Assembly: GCA_016875735.1 (NCBI GenBank)
Contig: VGOW01000013.1
Coordinates: forward strand, 3,564-67,563
Direction: 5' to 3'
Source of the DNA: Chloroflexota bacterium
Lineage (GTDB): Bacteria; Chloroflexota; Anaerolineae; Anaerolineales; VGOW01
Length of the DNA: 64,000 bases
Shown here: positions 57,122 through 64,000 of the stretch, in pieces
Position numbering within the stretch: position 1 is the first letter of the stretch
Layout of the letters: each line of letters opens with the position of its first letter
Notes under the pieces: generated by a model
Database searches by the model: none
Told to the model about the DNA's origin: nothing
The model's input: only the letters and a program-made list of their open reading frames with translations
Program-made: the position numbers and the translations under genes

Positions 57122-58111
57122 ATGAAAGTCGTCATCCCTCTCGCCGGGTTCGGCACACGATTGCGCCCGCACACCTTCACCAAACCCAAACCGCTGATCA
57201 ATGTCGCCGGCAAGCCGGTGCTCGGCCACGTGCTCGATATGTTCAAGAGCCTCGACGTGGACGAATTCATTTTTATCGTCGGCTATTTGGGCGATCAGAT
57301 CGAGCAGTACGTGGGCAAGCATTATCCTCACCTCAAGGCCTCGTATTTCGAGCAAAAGGAGTTGAACGGCCAATCCACCGCTGTCTATCTGGCGAAGGAT
57401 CGGTTGAGCGGCCCAATGCTGATTGTCTTTGTGGACACGATTGTGGAAGCCGATCTCTCGGGGCTGGCGAATGAGAAGGCGGACGCGGTGGCGTGGGTGA
57501 AGCAGGTGGAAGACCCGCGCCGGTTTGGGGTGGCGATTGTGGGTTCGGACGGCTACGTGACGAAACTGATCGAGAAGCCGACGGATGTAAAAGATAATCT
57601 CGTGGTTGTCGGCTTTTATTATCTCAAAGACTCGCAGGCATTCATTCGCGCCATCGAGGAGCAACTGGCCAAAAACATCAAAACAAAGAACGAGTATTTT
57701 CTCGCCGACGCATTGCAGTTGATGCTCGACAGGGGCATGAAGATGCGCGTACAGCCGGTGGAGGTGTGGGAGGACTGCGGCAAGCCGGAAACGGTTCTGC
57801 ACACCAATCGGTATTTGCTCGATCACGGCCACGACAACAGCGCCGACGTGAAGGCCGACGGCAACATCATCATCCCGCCGGTGCATATCGACCCCACTGC
57901 CAAACTCAGTCACTCGGTCATCGGCCCGCACGTGACCATTGCCGCCGGGTGCAAAGTGGAGAACTCCATTCTGCGAGACTCGATCATTGACGAAGGCGCG
58001 ACGATTCAGAATGCGATGCTGGCGCAGTCGCTCATCGGCAAAGATGCCCGCGTGGGCGGAAAGTTCCGCACCTTCAATGTGGGCGATTCGAGCGAGGTGG
58101 GTTTCGAGTAA
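57122..58111 (+). CDS. Sugar-phosphate nucleotidyltransferase with C-terminal left-handed beta-helix
   Basis: 329 aa. 'VIPLAGFGTRLRPHTFTKPKPL'. Confidence 0.8.
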   Translation: MKVVIPLAGFGTRLRPHTFTKPKPLINVAGKPVLGHVLDMFKSLDVDEFIFIVGYLGDQIEQYVGKHYPHLKASYFEQKELNGQSTAVYLAKDRLSGPMLIVFVDTIVEADLSGLANEKADAVAWVKQVEDPRRFGVAIVGSDGYVTKLIEKPTDVKDNLVVVGFYYLKDSQAFIRAIEEQLAKNIKTKNEYFLADALQLMLDRGMKMRVQPVEVWEDCGKPETVLHTNRYLLDHGHDNSADVKADGNIIIPPVHIDPTAKLSHSVIGPHVTIAAGCKVENSILRDSIIDEGATIQNAMLAQSLIGKDARVGGKFRTFNVGDSSEVGFE

Positions 58112-58183
58112 GCTGTTAGCGCTCAGCGATCAGCGGGTTGCTGGCGTTGCGCTGAGGGCTAATTGCTGATCGTTGATGGCTGA
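58112..58183. repeat. Imperfect word hairpin ('gatcagc' family)
   Basis: 'gctgttagcgctcagcgatcagc ... gcgctgagggctaattgctgatcgttgatggctga'. Confidence 0.6.
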
Positions 58184-58403
58184 AATCGTTAAATGCCACT
58201 CCGGGCACGAATATGCCGAGCGCCCCACCGCGCTGTTTTGGGAAGAGGCATGGCTGGAGATCGAGGCGGTCGAAAAGCAGTGGCGTATTCCCGGCGGCAA
58301 ATGTTTTCGCGTGCGAACAACAAGCGGGCTTGTGTTCGAGTTGATGTACGGCGAGTTATACGATGAATGGAGAATCAATCCATCAGCGGATGAAACGGAT
58401 TGA
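58176..58403 (+). CDS. Small hypothetical protein
   Basis: 75 aa, 'MAEIVKCHSGHEYAERPTALFWEE..'. No family recognised. Confidence 0.4.
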   Translation: MAEIVKCHSGHEYAERPTALFWEEAWLEIEAVEKQWRIPGGKCFRVRTTSGLVFELMYGELYDEWRINPSADETD

Positions 58404-58447
58404 ACGGATTTCGATTTGCATCCGATCCATCCGTTCAATCCGTTGAC
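58386..58447. repeat. Word hairpin ('aacggat')
   Basis: 'gcggatgaaacggattgaacggatt tcgatttgc atccgatccatccgttcaatccgttgac'. Confidence 0.75.
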
Positions 58448-58464
58448 GACAAAGAGAGAAACCC

Positions 58465-59622
58465 ATGCGCAAATTTGTCTCCCAACGAGTCGACTCTGTC
58501 CCTCCCTCCGGCATCCGCCGATTCTTCGACATTGCCGCGACGATGAAAAATGTGATCTCGCTCGGCATCGGCGAGCCGGACTTCGTGACGCCGGAACGAA
58601 TCCTCAACGCCGGTGTGGCCTCGCTTCAGCGCGGCGAAACGCAGTACACATCCAACTCCGGCGTTCTGCAGTTGCGGCAGAGCATTGCCGCGCACCTCGC
58701 CAAACTTTACGGCGTGACATACGACCCCGAAGAGCTGCTGATCACCGTCGGCGTGTCGGAGGCGTTGTATCTCGCCCTCACCGCCGTGCTCGATCCGGGC
58801 GATGAAGTGATCGTGCCTCAGCCGTGCTTCGTGGCTTACACGCCCGAAGTGACGTTCGCCGGAGGGAATCCGGTGACTATTGGCACATCGGTCGAAAACG
58901 ATTTTCAAGTGACGGCTTCCGAGATCGAGGCGGCCATCACGCCGAAGACCAAAGCCCTGCTCATCGGTTACCCCAACAATCCCACCGGGGCGGTCGTCAC
59001 TCGCGAACGGCTGATCGAGATCGCGCAGGTGGCCGAGACATATGATCTGCTGGTGATCTCCGATGAGATTTATGATCGGCTTGTGTACGGCTTTGAGCAT
59101 GTGTGCTTTGCTTCATTGCCGAAGATGCGCGAGCGCACAATCACATTGGGCGGCTTCTCGAAAGATTACGCGATGACCGGCTGGCGCATTGGGTATGCGG
59201 GCGGGCCGGCGGAGATTATCGGGGCGATGCGGAAGATACATCAGTACACGATCATGTCGGCGCCCACCACCGCGCAGATGGCCGCATTGGAGGCGGTGTC
59301 CACCGGAGAAGAATATGTTCAACAGATGGTGGGCGAATACAATCGGCGGCGGCAGTTGATCGTCGGCGGGTTGAATACGCTCGGGCTGGACTGCTTCGAG
59401 CCGCGCGGCGCGTTCTATGCCTTTCCGTCGGTGGCGCGCAGTGGGATGGGCGACAACGAATTTGCCGAGCGGCTTTTGCAGGAGGAGCAGGTGGCCGTCG
59501 TTCCGGGCCATGCTTTCGGCGAGAGCGGCAAAGGGTTTGTGCGCATGTGTTATGCGACGGCGCACGAAAAGATCGAAGAGGCGTTGAATCGAATGGAGCG
59601 ATTCATGCGCCGCCACGGATGA
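58465..59622 (+). CDS. Class I/II PLP-dependent aminotransferase (aspartate aminotransferase-like)
   Basis: 385 aa. 'GYPNNPTG', 'FSKDYAMTGWRIGY'. Confidence 0.88.
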   Translation: MRKFVSQRVDSVPPSGIRRFFDIAATMKNVISLGIGEPDFVTPERILNAGVASLQRGETQYTSNSGVLQLRQSIAAHLAKLYGVTYDPEELLITVGVSEALYLALTAVLDPGDEVIVPQPCFVAYTPEVTFAGGNPVTIGTSVENDFQVTASEIEAAITPKTKALLIGYPNNPTGAVVTRERLIEIAQVAETYDLLVISDEIYDRLVYGFEHVCFASLPKMRERTITLGGFSKDYAMTGWRIGYAGGPAEIIGAMRKIHQYTIMSAPTTAQMAALEAVSTGEEYVQQMVGEYNRRRQLIVGGLNTLGLDCFEPRGAFYAFPSVARSGMGDNEFAERLLQEEQVAVVPGHAFGESGKGFVRMCYATAHEKIEEALNRMERFMRRHG

Positions 59623-59712
59623 AACGCACGATGGCCGTGTGAGACTCGGCACTAGCCACGCCGATTTGGGCGTGGAAAAATGAGGGCGCAACCCAAATCA
59701 TAGGAGACTTAT

Positions 59713-61002
59713 ATGCCTGTCAACTATCTCAATGCGTTCGAAATGGCCCAGCATCAGTTCGATGCGATTGCGGCGAAAACCAATATCGATTCAGAAGTTC
59801 GAGAGGTGCTTCGTTATCCGGAGCGAGAATTCCGATTCCAAATCCCTGTCCGAATGGACAACGGCAAAATCAGAGTCTTCTTTGGCTTTCGCGTTCAGCA
59901 CAACGACGCCCGCGGCCCGGCCAAAGGCGGCATTCGTTTTGCGGCGAACGAAACGCTCGACACGGTGCGGGCGCTGGCGATGTGGATGACGTGGAAAACG
60001 GCGGTGGCCGACATTCCGCTCGGCGGCGGCAAAGGCGGGGTGGTGGTCGATCCGTCCACGCTATCGGTTGGCGAGAAGGAGCGCTTGTGTCGGGGTTGGA
60101 TCGATCAGGTGTGGCACGACATCGGCCCGCGCGTGGATGTGCCCGCGCCCGATGTGGGCACGACTCCGCAGATGATGGCTTGGATGATGGACGAGTATTC
60201 TAAACTTGCCGGGCACTACAGCCCCAGCGCCATCACCGGCAAACCGCTGGGCGTGGGCGGCTCGTTGGGCCGCACCGAAGCCACCGGCTACGGCGTGGTG
60301 GATTGCATCCGCGAAGCGATGAGACACTTGCGCCTCAAACCCGAAAACAGCACGGCGGCCATTCAAGGCTTTGGCAACGTGGCGCAGTATGCGGCTATCG
60401 CCTTCAAGAAGAATCTGGGCGGCAAAGTGATTTGCGTATCATGTTACGACGGCAACGACAAAGAGTCGCACACCTTCTCGCGCAAAGAGGGCATCGACGC
60501 CGAGTTCCTCCAAAGCATCACCGATCAATATGGCGCCATCGACAAAACCGAAGCCAAAGAGGCCGGATACGCCATTGAAGATGGCAACGCCTGGCTCGCC
60601 AAAAAAGTGGACGTGCTGATCCCGGCGGCATTGGAGGGGCAGATCACCGGCGACAACGCCCACAACATTGATCCGCAAGTGCGGATCATCGCCGAGGGCG
60701 CCAACGGCCCCACCACGCCCGAAGCCGACGCCGTGCTCATGCAGCGCGGCATCTTCAACATCCCCGACTTTCTGTGCAACTCCGGCGGCGTGATCTGTTC
60801 GTACTTCGAAGGCGTGCAGAACGATATGAACTACTATTGGGATCACGATGCCGTGCTTCGCCGCCTCGACCAGAAAATCACCAAAGCCTTTCACGGCGTA
60901 TTGGAAACCGCCACTAAAAAAGACATGCACATGCGCGACGCCGCTTACACCATCGCCATTGGGCGCGTGGTGGAGGCGATGGAACTGCGCGGCTGGATAT
61001 AG
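59713..61002 (+). CDS. gdhA: Glutamate dehydrogenase (Glu/Leu/Phe/Val dehydrogenase family)
   Basis: 429 aa. 'PLGGGKGGV', SD 'aggag'. Confidence 0.92.
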   Translation: MPVNYLNAFEMAQHQFDAIAAKTNIDSEVREVLRYPEREFRFQIPVRMDNGKIRVFFGFRVQHNDARGPAKGGIRFAANETLDTVRALAMWMTWKTAVADIPLGGGKGGVVVDPSTLSVGEKERLCRGWIDQVWHDIGPRVDVPAPDVGTTPQMMAWMMDEYSKLAGHYSPSAITGKPLGVGGSLGRTEATGYGVVDCIREAMRHLRLKPENSTAAIQGFGNVAQYAAIAFKKNLGGKVICVSCYDGNDKESHTFSRKEGIDAEFLQSITDQYGAIDKTEAKEAGYAIEDGNAWLAKKVDVLIPAALEGQITGDNAHNIDPQVRIIAEGANGPTTPEADAVLMQRGIFNIPDFLCNSGGVICSYFEGVQNDMNYYWDHDAVLRRLDQKITKAFHGVLETATKKDMHMRDAAYTIAIGRVVEAMELRGWI

Positions 61003-61018
61003 CGCGCCCCGGCCCCCT

Positions 61019-62470
61019 ATGCCTTTCGAATCCGTCATCGGCCTCGAGGTCCACGCCGAGCTGCTCACGCAGTCCAAAATGTTCTGCGGCTGCGCCGTCG
61101 TCGATTCGACTACCGCCGAACCGAACCGGCATGTTTGCCCGGTGTGCACCGGCCAGCCGGGCGCGCTCCCCGTCGTCAACAAACGCGCCGTCGAATTCGC
61201 TATCCGAGTCGGCCTCGCGTTGAATTGCGCGGTGAACCGTGTCAGCGTCTTCGCCCGCAAAAACTATTTCTATCCCGATCTCCCGAAGGGCTATCAGATC
61301 TCACAATACGAACTGCCGCTCGCCTCGAACGGCTGGATTCTGATCGACACACCCGACGGCGCGAAAAAGATTCGCGTGCGCCGCGTGCATCTCGAAGAGG
61401 ACACCGGCAAACTCACTCACGCCGACGGCTACTCCCTCGTTGACCTCAACCGCGCCGGAGTGCCTCTGCTCGAAATTGTCAGCGAGCCGGACTTGCGCTC
61501 GGTGGAGGACGTGAAAGCCTACGCCGCCAAACTGCGAACCATTCTGCGCTATCTCGGCGTGAACAACGGCGATATGGAAAAGGGCGTCATCCGGTTCGAG
61601 GCCAACGTGTCGGTGCGCGAAACGGGAACCGAGGCCCTCAACACCCGAACCGAGATCAAGAATCTCAATTCGTTCCGCGCGCTGGTCAACGCCAGCGCGT
61701 ACGAGATTGCTCGGCAGATCAAAGTGTACGAACGCGGCGGCGCGGTGGCGCAAGAGACGCTGGGCTGGAATGAGGCAAGCGGAAAGACCGTGTCTCAGCG
61801 AAGCAAAGAGCACGCCCACGACTATCGCTATTTTCCGGAGCCGGACATTCCGCCGCTCGAACTCGATCCGGCATGGGTGGAAGAAATTCGCTCCAACCTC
61901 GCCGAACTGCCCGACGCGAAGCGCGAGCGGTTTCTCGCCTTCGGCCTCACGCCGTACGATGCGGGCGTGATGGTGGCCGAGAGCCATGTGGCCGACTATT
62001 TCGACGAGGCGGCCAAGTTCGCGCAGTCGTTGAAGATCGAGCCGAAGGCAGTGGCGAACTGGATCCTCTCGCAGTTGTTCGGGCTGTTGAACGAATCGGG
62101 GCAGGAGATCGATCAGTGCCGGGCGACGCCGGAGCGATTGGTTGGGCTGATCAAAATGGTGGCCGACGGCGTGATCAATATCAACACCGGCAAGAGTGTG
62201 CTGTCCGAGATGTTCGTCGGCGGGCAATCGGCGGAGGAGATTGTGCGAGCCAAAGGGCTGGCGCAGGTGAGCGACGAGAGCGCGATTGTGGCGGCCATTG
62301 AAAAAGCCATCGCCGATAACCCCGATCAACTCGCGGCCTATCTCGGCGGCAAAGAGACGCTGGCGAAATGGTTCTTCGGGCAGGTGATGAGGGCGATGGG
62401 CGGCAAGGCCAACCCGGCGGTGATTCAGAAAAAGCTGGATGAGAAGTTTGTGGAGTTGAAGCGGGGATAA
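61019..62470 (+). CDS. gatB: Glu/Asp-tRNA amidotransferase subunit B
   Basis: Start at '[15 protein letters not shown]' (61019). The track ORF from 60848 overlaps gdh. Confidence 0.93.
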   Translation: MPFESVIGLEVHAELLTQSKMFCGCAVVDSTTAEPNRHVCPVCTGQPGALPVVNKRAVEFAIRVGLALNCAVNRVSVFARKNYFYPDLPKGYQISQYELPLASNGWILIDTPDGAKKIRVRRVHLEEDTGKLTHADGYSLVDLNRAGVPLLEIVSEPDLRSVEDVKAYAAKLRTILRYLGVNNGDMEKGVIRFEANVSVRETGTEALNTRTEIKNLNSFRALVNASAYEIARQIKVYERGGAVAQETLGWNEASGKTVSQRSKEHAHDYRYFPEPDIPPLELDPAWVEEIRSNLAELPDAKRERFLAFGLTPYDAGVMVAESHVADYFDEAAKFAQSLKIEPKAVANWILSQLFGLLNESGQEIDQCRATPERLVGLIKMVADGVININTGKSVLSEMFVGGQSAEEIVRAKGLAQVSDESAIVAAIEKAIADNPDQLAAYLGGKETLAKWFFGQVMRAMGGKANPAVIQKKLDEKFVELKRG

Positions 62471-62489
62471 CGGGAGCGGCGGACAAAAC

Positions 62490-62527
62490 AAAAGACGGAG
62501 GCTTCTGCGAGAGGCCTCCGTCTTTTT
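62490..62527. terminator. Bidirectional intrinsic terminator
   Basis: 'aaaagacggaggc ttctgcgaga gcctccgtcttttt', flanked by A/T runs, between convergent genes. Confidence 0.7.
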
Positions 62528-62540
62528 GTTCGAGTCGGCG

Positions 62541-63518
62541 TTACCACCAGGGGAGGAACGACGTTCGCGTGCGGGCGGTGATGCCTCCGTAGGTCACCAG
62601 CACGTCTATGGCCACAAAACTGCCCGCGTGGGTCTGCCCGCCGAGAAGGTTGAATTTGGTGATGCCGCGCGGGTCGGTGTTGGGCAGGGGGATGGTTTGA
62701 TTGCCCGACGAATACTTGATGGTGATGGTGACGACTGCGCCATCGAGGGCGTTGTTGTGCTGATCTTTGACAACGACGAAAACGGTTTGCGGGCTCGCGC
62801 GGCCAGTGACTGGGGTGGACACCGAGGCGCGCACGTTGAGCCGGGTGACGACGCGCGGCTGGCCGGGCTGAGGCTTAGGATCCTTGAGAGAGGAGTCGAG
62901 GCCGAGCGCGTTGAAGGCGGGTTCGCCTACGAGCGTGAGCTGCACTTTTTGGCTGGCCGGTTTTTCGGAATGCCACTCCATCCGCCCGTTCTCGAAAGCC
63001 TGCACCATCCGATCCTTTTCGATGTAGATTTCGCTGATCGGGTAGCCGAAAACGTCAACGCCGCCGCGAGCGCGGAAGTAGTCGAGGAAAGCGTAGCACA
63101 CCGCATGGCCGGTTTCCGAAAAGTAAGCGCAGTAGGGGTTGCCGGCGGCGGGTATTTGATCGGAGGAGATGGAGGGTTGAGTGTAACCGAGTTCGACGCC
63201 GAGTCGCCCGAGCTGCACTTGCGAGCCTTCCGGGTTCTCCGGATGCCATTCGAAGCGCGCATACTGGAAGTATTGCACGACCAGCCCGGTGCTTTCGTCT
63301 CTGAAGTCGTCGGTGATGGGGTAACCGAAAACGGCGAGGCCGCCGTGAGAATCGAAATACGCCAAGAGCGCTCCGCGCACCGTGTGGCCGGTGTCGTCAA
63401 AGTAGCGTTCCGTTTCGCTCTGCGCCGAAGCCGCGCCGACGGCGACAACGACTGCCACGATCGCCAATGTGAGCATCGCGGCTTGCAGTGTCGATTTTGA
63501 GTTGCTTTCCTGTTTCAT
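62541..63518 (-). CDS. Secreted/anchored protein with two tandem repeat domains and a C-terminal Ig-like region
   Basis: 325 aa. N-terminal TM/signal segment. The repeat 'F..TGH.V...F..YF...GG....GYPI' occurs twice. Confidence 0.55.
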   Translation of the reverse strand: MKQESNSKSTLQAAMLTLAIVAVVVAVGAASAQSETERYFDDTGHTVRGALLAYFDSHGGLAVFGYPITDDFRDESTGLVVQYFQYARFEWHPENPEGSQVQLGRLGVELGYTQPSISSDQIPAAGNPYCAYFSETGHAVCYAFLDYFRARGGVDVFGYPISEIYIEKDRMVQAFENGRMEWHSEKPASQKVQLTLVGEPAFNALGLDSSLKDPKPQPGQPRVVTRLNVRASVSTPVTGRASPQTVFVVVKDQHNNALDGAVVTITIKYSSGNQTIPLPNTDPRGITKFNLLGGQTHAGSFVAIDVLVTYGGITARTRTSFLPWW

Positions 63519-63608
63519 GCGCCTCCCAACCCAACGCTTGCATTATAAGCGCAATGGCTTTGCGGCACAAGCGCCCCCTGAACTTTCCACAGATGTTTGT
63601 CGTGAATC

Positions 63609-64000
63609 TTATGCTGCTTGCCCCAGCCGAATGTTAGTGTAACTCTCGTATCGCCGCCGGTTGACGGCTCCGCGATCCACCGCCTTGCGCACGGCGCACC
63701 CGCTTTCGACGGTGTGCGTGCAGTCACTAAAGTTGCACTGATCCACAAATGGGCGAATGTCGGGGAAATAGCCATCCAATTCATAGGGGTCGATGTCGTG
63801 CAGAGCGAGGGCGCGAATTCCGGGGGTGTCGGCCACCCACCCGCCGCCGTCGAGGGGGATGAGTTCGGGATGCACGGTGGTGTGCCGTCCCTTTTGTGTT
63901 GCGCCGCTCACCGAACGCACGGCAATCCCCAAGCCCGGCTGAATGGCGTTGAGCAGCGATGATTTGCCCACGCCGCTGGGGCCGGCCAGCGCCGAGAGCC
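63609..64000 (-). CDS. rsgA: Ribosome small-subunit-dependent GTPase A (C-terminal part; gene continues off-window)
   Basis: 'GPSGVGKSSLLNA', 'DTPGIRAL', zinc knuckle 'CNFSDCTHTVESGCAV'. Confidence 0.85.
   Translation of the reverse strand, partial: LSALAGPSGVGKSSLLNAIQPGLGIAVRSVSGATQKGRHTTVHPELIPLDGGGWVADTPGIRALALHDIDPYELDGYFPDIRPFVDQCNFSDCTHTVESGCAVRKAVDRGAVNRRRYESYTNIRLGQAA

Overview
High-GC bacterial chromosome segment. Gene content and protein families look Chloroflexota-like, but that is inference only. I saw no rRNA, tRNA or CRISPR array. Most of the window is housekeeping: pcrA, galE, purA, rnz, coaBC-coaX-panC-panE-panB, acnA, crcB, gatC/gatA/gatB, gdh and aminotransferases. Two envelope-glycan loci are present (about 4.8-20.8 kb and 38.1-43.9 kb), with GT4 glycosyltransferases, a polyprenyl-phosphate sugar transferase and four giant GT-C/DUF2723/PTPS-related membrane proteins. 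Accessory content: a type I hsdR at the left edge; a DUF4160/DUF2442 toxin-antitoxin-like cassette flanked by a 67-bp duplication of the host gene's 3' end; an IS200 copy plus IS debris in a decaying pstB-phoU locus; an uncharacterised DUF488-DUF488-hypothetical operon; and an AT-richer type II restriction-modification island next to an extra PD-(D/E)xK-like gene. The main signal not explained by gene calls is repeat architecture. Almost every gene boundary carries a hairpin whose arms are tandem 7-8 nt 'words', resembling cyanobacterial STRR heptamers. The same words, plus a GC-rich palindromic element, also occur in-frame inside coding genes: acnA, hsdR, a GT4 gene and the giant membrane proteins. 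Several genes have TATAAT-like boxes 6-7 nt upstream of the start codon, suggesting leaderless mRNAs. All calls come from reading the sequence and the ORF track. No database searches or numerical statistics were run.
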